A stretch of DNA of 63,426 nt, filler included, from Asterionella formosa (lineage: Eukaryota), in the NCBI GenBank assembly GCA_002256025.1. It is 15 parts of 15 records of this genome, joined end to end, with 100 filler letters (N's around TTAATTAATTAA, not from the genome) between each part and the next. Parts side by side here need not be neighbours in the genome. Positions count along the whole stretch, not along the records: positions 48,978 to 50,333 come from NKIB01002853.1; positions 50,434 to 51,789 come from NKIB01002854.1; positions 51,890 to 53,245 come from NKIB01002855.1; positions 53,346 to 54,701 come from NKIB01002857.1; positions 54,802 to 56,156 come from NKIB01002858.1; positions 56,257 to 57,610 come from NKIB01002859.1; positions 57,711 to 59,064 come from NKIB01002860.1; positions 59,165 to 60,518 come from NKIB01002861.1; 7 more parts are not named here. One strand, given 5' to 3'. Shown here piece after piece: positions 49,873 through 62,072 of this stretch. A program made the position numbers and the translations under genes. The notes below the pieces were generated by a model that ran no database searches, was not told where the DNA came from, and was given only the letters and a program-made list of their open reading frames with translations. How positions within the stretch are numbered: position 1 is the first letter of the stretch; each line of letters starts with the position of its first letter.

Positions 49873-50333
49873 ATGCCTAGATGGGAAGAAGATGTCAAAC
49901 GGTTGAAAGCGAATGATCCAAGTTTGACTGAACTTTATCTCCGATATAATTTTATTGGTGTTGATGGAGCCAAGGCCATTGCAGAGGCTCTCAAGGTCAA
50001 TACTGTCTTGACTACACTTAATCTCCTTGATAATTCAATTGGTGCTGACGGAGCCAAGGCCATTGCAGAGGCTCTCAAGGTCAATACTGTCTTGACTACA
50101 CTTTATCTCTTTGTTAATTCAATTGGTGATGACGGAGCCAAGGCCATTGCTGAGACTCTCAAGGACAATACTGTCTTGACTACACTTGATCTCAGATATA
50201 ATTCAATTGGTGTTGACGGAGCCAAGGCCATTGCAGAGGCTCTCAAGGTCAATACTGTCTTGACTACACTTAATCTCGGATGGAATTCAATTGGTGATAA
50301 CTTACAAAATAAAATTCAAAAAACACTAAAGAT
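49873..50333 (+). CDS. Ribonuclease-inhibitor-class (NLRC3-like) LRR protein with 28-aa repeats; 3' end cut by the contig edge
   Basis: LKANDPSLTEL N-cap, then 4.5 tandem 84-nt repeats LTTLxLxxNSIGxDGAKAIAEALKVNTV. Confidence 0.88.
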
Positions 50334-50433
50334 NNNNNNNNNNNNNNNNNNNNNNNNNNNNNNNNNNNNNNNNNNNNTTAATTAATTAANNNNNNNNNNN
50401 NNNNNNNNNNNNNNNNNNNNNNNNNNNNNNNNN

Positions 50434-51789
50434 CGGCAGAAATATCCAGTTCCGGTCTATAATTCCCCTGCAATGGGGTAGTGCACCTCGTTGGAAGCCG
50501 CTGACCCGACTCGTCGAGTTTGAACTCTACGTTGGCGATGGCCGCCTTGACATACTGCTCGGAAGTCATGGCCCAACACTCAACTCCACCGACTATTTTC
50601 TGCATTACCTGGGCTCCCAGGTAATTTTCCGGCTTCTCGACTTTATCGTCCTTCAATCTGAAGGTCGACTGTATCCCGCTCATAGTCGCTCTAGGCTGCG
50701 CTGAAATGCAAAGAATGTCATCAACATATACAAGAATCATTTCGTAATACTCAAACCCATCCGGTTTTACCGCCGGTCGAATCCATACATCAGGGTCCCC
50801 TTTCGTGGGCAAGTAACCCAAATCATGGAGGGTTTCTGCGAGATGCGCTCTGAATGCCGCACTGCTAGATTTGAGCCCATACAGCGCTTTCTTCACCACC
50901 ATGGTAGCTCCCGCTTCCGACCCAAATTCCGGCCCTGCAATTATGTAAATTTTCTCTCTGCAATCTGCGGTTAGATAAGCGTTTTGAATATCGCAAGCAA
51001 GAAGTTGTAAGTCGTTCAATGAAGCAACCAATAAGGCAATGCGCACTGAGTCCCTCGACACAACTGACGAATACGTCAGGGCTGCGGGCGTTTCCGTCCG
51101 GCTGCCGTCAGCAACTAGTCTCGCCTTACACCGAAAGTTTTCGCCCATTTTGATGTCGAACACGAAATGACACCTTATCTTTTGGTACCCTGGCGGAAGG
51201 TCTCCCTCTCGCTTTTCCCACTATTCAAATGCCGGTCGCACATTTTTCATTTCCTTGCAGATGGCGTCCCACCATAATGTGTTGCCATTGGCTTTATCAA
51301 TCGCTAACGCCTCTTCGACGGACTTCGGTATCCGTATACCGTATTTGTGAGTTCGCTGCCAATACTTAGACTTTACCTTTGCTAGGACTCGGTCCCGTTT
51401 CTTTAGAAGAGTCGGCACCCACCACGCGAACGCTGCCTCGTCATCAATACGATTAGCAATTGAGTACTCCACCACCTGTATGGGGTACGATTGCTTCATA
51501 TCCTTAAGTGCGACCCAAGTGGTACTCCCGTCCCTCCATTGGCACAGGAGTTGCCACCCTTGAGTCGTCTGTCTCCGCCGCTTGACACCGTTAGACATTG
51601 TGATGAACGCGTCCTCTTTGTCGAGTGCCGTCGCATTCCGCTTATGATCGATAATGTCGTCGAGAAGTACGTGTCGTTCGCCCTCCTCGTCTATCTGTGA
51701 AAACAAACTCTGAGCAATAAGGTTAGAATACAATGCCTCTGAGTGTCCGTCAAAGAACTCGACCTCATACTCTCTGGTGTCAAGCAAAG
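50434..51789 (-). mobile_element. CoDi-type copia pol fragment (pre-RT region and RT) with one in-frame TAG at 51223-51221
   Basis: GWQLLCQWRDGSTTW, HKYGIRIPKSVEEA, KARLVADG, DIQNAYL, ALYGLKSS, YVDD. Confidence 0.92.
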
Positions 51790-52017
51790 NNNNNNNNNNN
51801 NNNNNNNNNNNNNNNNNNNNNNNNNNNNNNNNNTTAATTAATTAANNNNNNNNNNNNNNNNNNNNNNNNNNNNNNNNNNNNNNNNNNNNTATTCAGATAA
51901 TATATAGATATATTCAAGTAAGCATTTTGATGTATTCAACTAATTCATGTGATCCATTCAAAATCAACTAGGCTTATTTACGTGATGGTCACTTCACGTA
52001 ATACGCGGCTTAGATGC

Positions 52018-52624
52018 TTGACAGGGAGCTTCAGTGATATCTATTGAAAATTGATTATTGATGAAGCAACCAGTTCAAACAAATGTGTTGTATATTGTAA
52101 TGGATGTTTTACAAAAGTTATGCTGTCACGCATTCTCCACATAAAAAACTAAAAGCCTTAATAATAGGAAAAAGATATTTCGCCCCCCTATTTCGATATT
52201 TCGTTCCCCTCTTTTTTAGAAACCCTTGAGCACTAGCCTACATATCGTCAAGCCAACTGAGTTTCATGTGGCTAAAAATATTGGTGGTTCCCTTGAACTT
52301 TAGCCTACATGTCATTGAGCCAACTGAGTTTCATGTGGCTAAAAAATATTGGTGGTTTATACGAAGGCTATGTATGCTAGGGTTTTAGAATTTATCAAAA
52401 AGAGGCAGGGGTACGAAATATACTTTTCCTAATAATATTGCACATATAAATATCATCAAATTGGAAAACTCGTTTAACGTACAGTAGTCTTGCCATTTGA
52501 GAATTATGACCCTTGACAGGGAGCTTCTGTGAAATCTATTGAAAATTGATTCTTGATGAAGCAACCAGTTTAAACAAATGTGTAATATATTGTGATGGAT
52601 GTTTTACAAAAGTTATGCTGTCAC
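52018..52624 (+). repeat. ~110-bp direct repeats (52018, 52513) bracketing a MITE-like segment (~52163-52433) that contains a ~57-bp tandem duplication
   Basis: ttgacagggagcttc..ttatgctgtcac occurs twice. Imperfect IR taggaaaaagatatttcg / cgaaatatacttttccta. gccaactgagtttcatgtggctaaaaa occurs twice. Confidence 0.7.
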
Positions 52625-52723
52625 TGTCTGGTAGTCATGACAGTAGTAATAGGACATTATGGGAGACTTCATCAATCGGCAAACATCGTTGTGGTCATTT
52701 GGGAAAATGCCGGCCATGAAGAT

Positions 52724-53221
52724 TTAGACCGAAGGAGATGCTGACTCCGAATTTAAATCATTCGCAGAAGGCGATGATGAGGGCATGCTGGGCGATGCAG
52801 TAGGTTTCTTTGGTTTCTTTGTTTTCTTTGGCGCTGGTGTCTTGACCTTGATCGGCGCTGGTGTCTTGGACTTTGTTGGCGCCGGTGTCTTGGACTTTGT
52901 TGGCGCCGGTGTCTTGGACTTGGTTGGCGCCGGTGTCTTGGACTTGGTTGGCGCCGTTGTCTTGGACTTGGTTGGCGCTGGTGTCTTAACCTTTTTTGGC
53001 GCTGGGGTTTTGATCTTGGCTGACGCTGGGGTTTTGACCTTGGTTGGCGCTGGGGTTTTGACGACCTTTACCAAACCACGACCACGACCACGACCAGCAC
53101 CTCCTCCTCCCGTCATCGACTGACGACTTGAAGAGGAGGTATGCTCGAGGAAGTTTCCACGTAAGGAGCGGCCATTTACGGCGAAAGGAAGGAGGAGAAG
53201 GATGACTATCAAATGCTTCAT
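52724..53221 (-). CDS. Secreted Lys/Thr/Pro-rich repeat protein (KTPAPTKS repeats), candidate cell-wall or silaffin-like protein
   Basis: Signal peptide, RSL and RGL (RXL) motifs, and about ten 24-nt tandem repeats. Confidence 0.75.
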   Translation of the reverse strand: MKHLIVILLLLPFAVNGRSLRGNFLEHTSSSSRQSMTGGGGAGRGRGRGLVKVVKTPAPTKVKTPASAKIKTPAPKKVKTPAPTKSKTTAPTKSKTPAPTKSKTPAPTKSKTPAPTKSKTPAPIKVKTPAPKKTKKPKKPTASPSMPSSSPSANDLNSESASPSV

Positions 53222-54540
53222 GTTGACTTACTAGGATGAACAATGNNNNNNNNNNNNNNNNNNNNNNNNNNNNNNNNNNNNNNNNNNNNTTAATTAATTA
53301 ANNNNNNNNNNNNNNNNNNNNNNNNNNNNNNNNNNNNNNNNNNNNTCGCGTTCGCGTTCGCGTTGACGTGAATCTCAGTTACCACCGGTCACCCATTGCG
53401 CCGTGCATCGCTTACTTTCATTTCTCGTCATGCTCACACTGGAGAATACCGGCTCAGCAGCCCACTCGCCACTCGCCGTATTCGTCCTCCAAAAGTCAAA
53501 GGTCCCTCCCGAATCTCGCCGGTTCCCACTGAGTCGATGAAGAAAGCAAGAAGCACCCGTGTGTCAACCGTAACAACAAAGTATGCCTAGCGGGAGACCG
53601 CCATCGAGGTTGGACCTTAGGGAGCCAGCCTTTTTTTCGTAGTTGTGGTGGGGATCGCTCATCACGAGGGATTGTACGAACAAGCGCGCAATAAGACAAG
53701 CGTTAGATGCGATATTTAAAAAAGCATCAAGATTTCGCATGTGGATGGTTTGTTTGTACTTTACATTTTATAGGTTTTTTATTTATTTTATGAACAAAAG
53801 CGCAAAAGTGTACCGGAAATAATATTCTCATTATTATTACCGGTATTATTAGACTACTGATCACGATGATTTGTGAAGAAGCATTTGAACAGATCGCCCA
53901 CCATGACGGCACTGTTTTTCTTGCATCGGCACTAAAATACAAATGTCATAGAGCAAGAATGACGACGCAAAGGAAGGTACCAGTACTGGTAGCAGGTACC
54001 TGGTACCAGTACCGCTATGTATATCGCTGCACACAAATTCAATTACCGGTACCTGGTACCAGGTACCGCGGGTAGGCTGATACCATGTGCCTGGTATCAG
54101 GTACCGGTACCAGGTACCTGGTATAGAATATGATGGTCTATGTGCCAGTAAATAAATACGTGGTACCGTATACTGTCAATATGTAAACGGTAGAAAGATG
54201 TATGTATATGACGTATACATATCGACAAGCAGTCCAAAAATATCATCAGTCATCGCCAATCTGGAGAAGAGACCTAAAGTTCAATGCCATACCGGTTAGT
54301 ACAGTATAGATATAGCAGAAATAAAATAGGTGAGCCTATTAGACTGAAGTATTTCGAGCTATTTATCGTACATTGTCCATATATATCAACTTGAATCGTG
54401 GCCGTTTCGATTTGATGTGGTTGCCTCTTGCTTGCCTTGACTCTATTCAATTTTTGCTTTGCCACGGTTTTGCTCATAGAATACGACGAACAGTGTTTTA
54501 TGCCAAACAAATAATGTAAGTTTTCGTCAATTGAATTGCT

Positions 54541-54701
54541 CGTCTCATCTCATCTCATCTCATCTCGTCTCGTCTCGTCTCTTCTCGTTCGTTCCTTCCT
54601 GCCTGCTTTCGACTCGCTCTACTTCCCTCATCATGGGAAGGAGACGAGAAACTGCAGTTCCAGTTACAGTTCCAATTCCAATTCCAATTCCAATTCCAAT
54701 T
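54541..54701 (+). repeat. Microsatellites (TCATC)n/(TCGTC)n and (ATTCCA)n; (TCGCGT)n at 53346
   Basis: Directly visible simple repeats, two of them at contig ends. Confidence 0.9.
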
Positions 54702-54815
54702 NNNNNNNNNNNNNNNNNNNNNNNNNNNNNNNNNNNNNNNNNNNNTTAATTAATTAANNNNNNNNNNNNNNNNNNNNNNNNNNNNNNNNNNNNNNNNNNN
54801 NCCCTGGTACCGGTA

Positions 54816-56000
54816 TTAAAAGGCATGACCAAATTCATGAAACAACGTTTCGACTTCACTATGGCTCAACAGTGCAGCATAACCAGTTTGAGGCGCTTGC
54901 AAGTTGCAAACAAGTGCCACAACTGGGAGTTGATATTCTTTGTAATTCAAGCCTAATGAACAACCACATCGAATCGCAAAATGTGCTGCGTGACTATACT
55001 TTCCAGGCCTTGGATGAAGATCCAAATACACGGAACCCAAGGGTTTCTCAGTCTCATCACAAAAGACAAACTTCCTGGCCTTGGCTTCAGCGGAAACCGA
55101 ATGATCCCATCGTTCCATCTCGTTCATTTCTTCTTCTCTCATATTAATACCAAAGAGTTTCAGAACCAAAATCTTCATCCCATCAATACATTGAGGTAAA
55201 GTCAGGTGCTCAGCAACAAAACTAGGATCCAGTCCACGGCTTGCCTTGATCATAGTGGTATAAAACGAAATATCCCATGGTTCCAAGGGATCAGTTGTGT
55301 TCTCTATCTTACGCTTGGCATCGGCCAAAAGAGCCATATCCTGCTGGTACAATCCCGAGATTCGATGTTCTAAGTGAGTGAGAAAGGTTTAGACGTTCTT
55401 CGGTGTTTGCGCCATCCTATCACGCAAAGATCGATCAGCGTAGGATTCAAATACTTGTTTCACAGATACCTCATGTCGTACCTTCCGCAACGACTCCAAA
55501 ACCTGCAAATTCTCTGGACAAGAGGTGGACGTTTCCATATAAATGTGTTTTCTTAGTGTTTGATTGGGAGAATAGCGCAAAAGGGCATTGGAAATGGACG
55601 CATCTTTACATAATGTCACTTGAGAAGGAGTTCGTGTCGATGATTGTGGAATGTTGGATTCAATCACATGACGAGATAAAACATCGTCGACCCATTGAGC
55701 TTCGACATTAAAGTAATGAGTCGAATTAGTAATGTTTTGCTGAAACAACGATTCCAATTGTACCACATGTGACTGCAATTGTTGAACATCAAATCGTTGT
55801 TCGATGGACAAATGAATCCCATCTCGCTCAAACTCTGCTTTTCACAAGGATGCAAATCGTTGTTGCTCTTCAGATAGAGTAGGAAATACCAGCGAATTGG
55901 TCATCATTACTAGTGCATTGAAAATGTTGGTATCCGCATTAAGTTGCCCAATATAATCACTTAGGATGGAAAAGGCATGACTGACACTCTCTTGCCATTG
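54816..56000 (-). pseudogene. MIPEP: Mitochondrial intermediate peptidase (M3A) pseudogene
   Basis: EFERDGIHL, YLDLHPRPGKYSHAAHFAIRCG and LFHEFGHA motifs. In-frame TGA (55844) and TAA (55391), plus a stop immediately after HEFGHAF. Confidence 0.8.
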
Positions 56001-56256
56001 AAGTAGGACAATGCCTTCTTGTAATATTTCAATGAGGTTGATCTACCATATGTTGGATTGTCGTTTTGGCTTGGGTTTGGTTTACCATAAGTCTTCACAG
56101 CCATCCATTTGTATATGTGTTCAGGCTTGATGTCTGCTAGCTGCTCTAGACTAAACNNNNNNNNNNNNNNNNNNNNNNNNNNNNNNNNNNNNNNNNNNNN
56201 TTAATTAATTAANNNNNNNNNNNNNNNNNNNNNNNNNNNNNNNNNNNNNNNNNNNN

Positions 56257-57610
56257 GACAAATGTTCACTGATGGTGACACAAATCCAGCCGCTATATTT
56301 GCAGTTAATAATAACACTGATACAGGCGCTTTCATTCTCATCATCATGGTGGTGCAACCGTCATCAAAGCAGGTTCATGTACATTTTTTAAATGAGGTAG
56401 GAGTTTCCTATCAATTAAGAACGATCGCCATCAGTGGGACATGGGAAGTGAACGCATCTTGTGACAGGATTCAGGTGGTTTTGTTTTCTGCCATCAGCTA
56501 TTGGTGATGCATGGGTTCGCATTTTGAGCAAGTAATTTGGCAATTGCCATATTATGATGTAGGTTTTGTATACCGTGACAAATCACAATGATTATATTCA
56601 TGATTGAATATATAGAAGTATAATTGGATGGTGCGTTGATCATATCCCAGTACGCGCTGAACGCATATCTTACCGGTATGTAAACCGGAAAAGATATTTT
56701 CCAGGTCCTGCCTACGACCCTCGATGTGTTTTACAGGTTGTGAGCACTCGCGACGAAAACTGGAATATACCGGTATGAAAATACGACATATCATGTCTGA
56801 AAAGTCACCTCGCTGTGTGTACTACGAGCACCAGGTACGGTAGCGTAGACCGATTAAACATTGCCAGCGCAGGTGGAAATTTAAATGTGACAAACATTAC
56901 TGAAGAAAAGGATAAAGCGGAACCGAGACAATTCTCGTGGATTTCTACAGGAAATACCACTTCTCGAAGATACGATTTGTAGTTCGATCCAGCTGTGGAT
57001 TCTATACCCAGCAATATTGAGGCAATGCGCTGAAGGCATTGTCACAATTTCATTTCTTGAAAGCAAACGACCATTTTCGGCATCCGCCAGCTGTCCAGAC
57101 TTACAAATTTCAGATAGAATTTGGAATCTCTTTTTTTCGAATGACCAACAGGTTGCAACACTAGTAAGTGCCCGCACTGATCTCGTATTCTTGCCGTTCG
57201 CCCTGACATGGTAGATTCCGTTCATCTCATCCACCAGCCTCGCGAATCACTCCGTCGTTGTCGGCGGAGGGATTTTGAAAACGATAGTGTTTTTGCCACT
57301 TGTACTCATTCTTTGTTAGAGATAGTGTCCCCATCAATTCTTGAGGTCGTTGCAAATGCACATGTTGATTTTCAGCGCCGAAATCCTTCTCCTTGACGAC
57401 GAACGGTGCTAATTTCTCTTTGTGCCATGGTCATTGATGTGTTTGTCGATCGTCGTGTAGAATTCTACGCAGTCGTACTTTCAACAACATCTTTGCCGCT
57501 GAATTCGTTTTTCGTGTTGATTATGATTGCTTGATGTTATCTCTCGCCGGCTTACCATCAAGCATGATTTGGATGAGACCGCTATGTGGTTTTAATCTGA
57601 AATGGCTATT
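56257..57610. repeat. Second copy of 44610..45965
   Basis: Colinear near-identity end to end. Confidence 0.95.
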
Positions 57611-59164
57611 NNNNNNNNNNNNNNNNNNNNNNNNNNNNNNNNNNNNNNNNNNNNTTAATTAATTAANNNNNNNNNNNNNNNNNNNNNNNNNNNNNNNNNN
57701 NNNNNNNNNNGCAACTATGGAGGTTCCGGTGGAAAGGAGTAGGAGGGAACGCAAAAGCATCATGGTAATGACAATGGTAGGCTAGTGGGTTCCACTTGAT
57801 TCCCAGTGGAGGAATAAAAATGTGCAGGATGGTCTTTTTTAATGTGTTGTCCATTTATCATGATACATCATTAATGTAATAGTTGGTCGGGGCACTTAAA
57901 AATTACATATAGAGGCGAAGGAACTGGTACACATTTAGCTAGTTGATTTCTTCGTTGAACGTGGAGCGGTGTTCTATGCAATGTGGTACTCGTTGAACAT
58001 TATCCCTTCAACATGTATCATATCTACATGCCTTCTCGTTCGATTGTACCAGGTACCTGGCACAAGGGGTGGTGATTACTCGTCCAAGCGAAGTTCGTTT
58101 GGGTTGTTTCTCACACTTTTTTTTTCTTCCCTCCTGGACACAACAACTACCCCAAATCTCCCATTGAAATACCTTAAATAACCATACATAATTGAATGCC
58201 AAACTGAATGAGCGACTTGTGGGTTTGGACTCACCATCAGTATGGGTGCAATTTTTACTTTATTGAAATTCTTAAAGGGTCATACAGTTATGAATATTTT
58301 TATCGACAAAGAGGGACATTTAGGCCCGAATCCTCGCGATCTATTATTTGCTTTGTTGTACATGAATACATCGGTAGTATACCATATCAAAGATAGGTTA
58401 TATTGTTTAATCGTGAACTTTCTTTTTTCAATTCATTCTGTTCGGGAAAACCAGCGATTCGGCACGAGCCCATGATACATTGATTTCGGTACTCGTAGAA
58501 CCACTTTACTTTTCTACAAAAGGTCATCAAAGCCCCTCTCGGTTCATATGCCAGGTACCAGGTACGCTGGTAACAATAACTGATGGGGAACCTAGATGAT
58601 GTACAGGTAATGATTTTTTATGATATTATCTGAGTAAGGGGGTTTTAATTTATCGGTTACCGGTATTATGGGAAAGGTAGCACTGTAACATACTAGTACA
58701 CAATTTCCTTCATTTGTCTTGAGAAAAGGTCATTCGCTCCCCAAATCGAAAATTATAAGAACGACCCTTAGCCCAACTACCGGTAGATAATATAAGTGAC
58801 AATCTACCGGTATGTCCCCATTTCTACGGAATAACCGTATTGTGTTATTGCCATGAAGGTACAAAAGACCAATTGCTGCGGCAAGAAGAGCTGCCAAGAA
58901 ATACTGGATATATATATGTACATAACGATCATAAAAATTTTGCTTTCGGGTTGTTTCATTTCGCCGTCGAATTCAATTCTGAGCCATTTTGCACAAACTA
59001 TTCTCCCACATTCCTTCTGATTCTCTACCGGTAACTCATAATCATGCATTCTCTCTTGACAACTNNNNNNNNNNNNNNNNNNNNNNNNNNNNNNNNNNNN
59101 NNNNNNNNTTAATTAATTAANNNNNNNNNNNNNNNNNNNNNNNNNNNNNNNNNNNNNNNNNNNN

Positions 59165-59657
59165 GTCTTTGTGTCACTGGTGCCCAGGTAGGTCTTTGTG
59201 TCACTGGTGCCCAGGTAGGTCTTTGTGTCACTGGTGCCAAGGTAGGTTTTTGTGTCACTGGTGCCCAGGTAGGTCTTTGGGTCACTGTTGCTTTGGTTGT
59301 TGTTGTTTCTGCGTCTAATACAACTCGTTTTATCATTGATGAAAATGCTTCTTGCGTTTTACTAGCAAGTGTTATAACTTGTGTTTGGTTTGGTGAATTT
59401 TCTATATTTTCGTCCACTTTGTCATCCACCGATTTATGGGTTGACAATGTTTTGGGAGAACTATTGATTGACAAACTCGACATCGAAGCAAACATAACAC
59501 CGCCGTCACCATCGTGACGAAGGATGTTCGTATCTGCAATGCTGGAGTTCTGAAGGCCATGAAGGACGTTCCATTCAGCTGCAGTGCCAGAACCAAAGAT
59601 GATAACGCATGAAAGGATCAAATTCATTTGCAATTTGCAATGGATCGGCTTTAACAT
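59165..59657 (-). CDS. Secreted mucin-like protein with TQRPTWAPV repeats, truncated by the contig edge
   Basis: Signal peptide-like LILSCVIIFGSGTAA and a 27-nt tandem repeat at 59165-59285. Confidence 0.7.
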
Positions 59658-62072
59658 ATCGTTCCAACTTGATGTGTGAGCAGCCGTTCCGAAATCCTAG
59701 GATCTGAAGTTTGTGACCAACCGGATTTTGGAAATGTGAAGAAGAACCGTACAAGCCAACTTAAGTGTCATCTTCCCTTTTGGTATCTTTTTCACGTTAT
59801 CGATTCCTTAAGAGGTCGATAGATGGACTTTTATCTACGATGACTAACCTCATGGAAGGTGCTGTAATTGGGCCAACTGCGCGCTTTTTTGGTTTTATCG
59901 CGCCTGCAGGGCTTTGCAAGTACGACCGACCTTCGGAGTCGGCTGGCTTCCTATCATAAATAAATTTAAATTATATCCGCACTTAGGGTTAGGGTTACTG
60001 TAGGTAGCCTCGTACTGTGTAGTTACCCGTCGTAGGTATACAGTCCAACATTCATGTCGGCATTTCGGTACCCCTGGTATCCTGGTATGGTTGGTACCTG
60101 GTACCAGGTACCAAGTGCTCCAGTACACCATCCATAAACTCTCGGTCCGTCTTGCTGGTATCCGTCGCTAAGGTGACACCTGTCACGTTAAGAAAGGACC
60201 TCTCCTACCGGTAGAGAATAGACGGCTAGGAGTATCACTCTATATGATTCTAATCTTCTCATACATAATAAAGGAGGGTTGTTCGACAACAAAGATTCGC
60301 TTTTTATTACAAATGTACTTGCTTTTTTAGTTGAACAGACATTCCGCCACCACCACCACAATTGTGGGTGAACATCCAGTTATCATACTAAAGTGGTTGT
60401 ATCTGCCGATCTGTTGCTGCCTTCAAACACCAGCAATCAGGGTTTTTTGCCTTATTTTGTGGCCGAAATTGTCCTTGCAAAACGACCAGCCAAAGAACGA
60501 ACCAACTGCACAACAATANNNNNNNNNNNNNNNNNNNNNNNNNNNNNNNNNNNNNNNNNNNNTTAATTAATTAANNNNNNNNNNNNNNNNNNNNNNNNNN
60601 NNNNNNNNNNNNNNNNNNTTGTAAATAATAAACCATCATGAATCTCTTGACAAATACATGCCACATGCACTGAGGAGCCACAGCCTCACACTTGATTGCT
60701 ACACTCACCATGATGATACCTCTGTTTGTCATTGTTTGATCTTCACCATCAACTCCTTGCTATAACTATGATCGACCAGCAATGCCATCCTCATTGAGTC
60801 TCAGATGTTCTTGGTGACACGTAGTACCATTCGTTCCATGTTCCATGAGCTTGTTGGAAACTTGCAATTGATTTTCAGTGACGAAGGGAGAACGAATAGA
60901 AAGAAACACGACGAATGGTAACAATACTAACAAGCAAGGCACTGAAGGTAATCCTTGCCTGTCAGCATAAATCCAATGCCCATGTCTGAACATGAAGAGG
61001 CGATTTGTCAGAATTGCCAAAAGCTTGCTGTGGTGAATTCTGTCTACAAGTTTCAACCAAAAAATTGAAAGGAGAAAGATATCTACAGGTTTCAACGAAA
61101 AGTACAAGAAGGATTTGATCCATTTCGAAGTAATTTAAAATGATGCAATTGATAAGAGAGTCTTGGAATTGAGAGGATTGATTTTCGTGGTGACAAGAGA
61201 ATGCCTTGCATCAATCAAGGATACAAGATTGATGTTATGAGAATGTTGGTCCTCCTTTATTGTTTGTTGAAACAGGAACATGTACCCACGCAAATTCATT
61301 TCTGAAATTGAGTGGGCTCAACATATTTGATGTACCACTATAATTTCTGTTTGTAAACATCTTTGGACGAGGAAGGAAAAAAGAAAGGCAACTAAATCTT
61401 GAATGCATTGCATATTGGTCTCCACTAATGGCCATACATACTTTAATATAATTGTTGCGAAGTAGACAAAGAAAGATGGACCAAAGCAATGAACATACTT
61501 GTTCTCAACCACATATGATTCATAATGCTGCTATATAATTGAAATTATTTATCCTTTCCACTTACTAATGTATGTTATTAATTATATTATAGCATTAACT
61601 ATCTTCCTTGGCAGTTTTGAGGTTCATCAAACTTTTCATGGTTCATTCCTCCTTCTCAGACCAAATGTCCTGTGCATTTTGCTTTGTAATTTCAAAATGT
61701 TTGCTTTGCGTTGCCTTGACAACCAATGTTAAAATCACTAAAAACTAAATTGGAATGAGCGCCCTCGAGGAACCATCATCTCATAGTTACAATTTTTGAA
61801 CCAGCAGTGAACAAGCAATCCACAAGATCACATTAAGGAGCAAAGATAAGAGAAGGTAAGTGATGGCCATTGCAATGGCCGTTGTGATGATCAAAAACAA
61901 GCACTTTTGAGGGATAAATATTTAAAAGGTGACCAGTCAAGATTCTCAAGGCCTGCTTATCCCAATCCAATGNNNNNNNNNNNNNNNNNNNNNNNNNNNN
62001 NNNNNNNNNNNNNNNNTTAATTAATTAANNNNNNNNNNNNNNNNNNNNNNNNNNNNNNNNNNNNNNNNNNNN

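Noticed and set aside
49924..50300. Constant-plus-variable repeats resembling CRISPR or a diversity-generating retroelement
   Set aside because: They are in-frame coding LRRs with no spacers or cas genes. No separate template repeat is visible, and the adjacent RT is a copia RT on a different contig.
59983..59997. TTAGGGTTAGGGTTA as a telomere
   Set aside because: Only ~2.5 units and internal to the contig.
60619..61972. Short ORFs here and in contigs 46066-48877 and 57711-59064
   Set aside because: No recognisable motifs and frequent stops, so they are not supportable as genes.
44510..62072. Regularly spaced TTAATTAATTAA units with ~1455-bp period, superficially like an array
   Set aside because: These are artificial linkers between similarly sized contigs, not biology.
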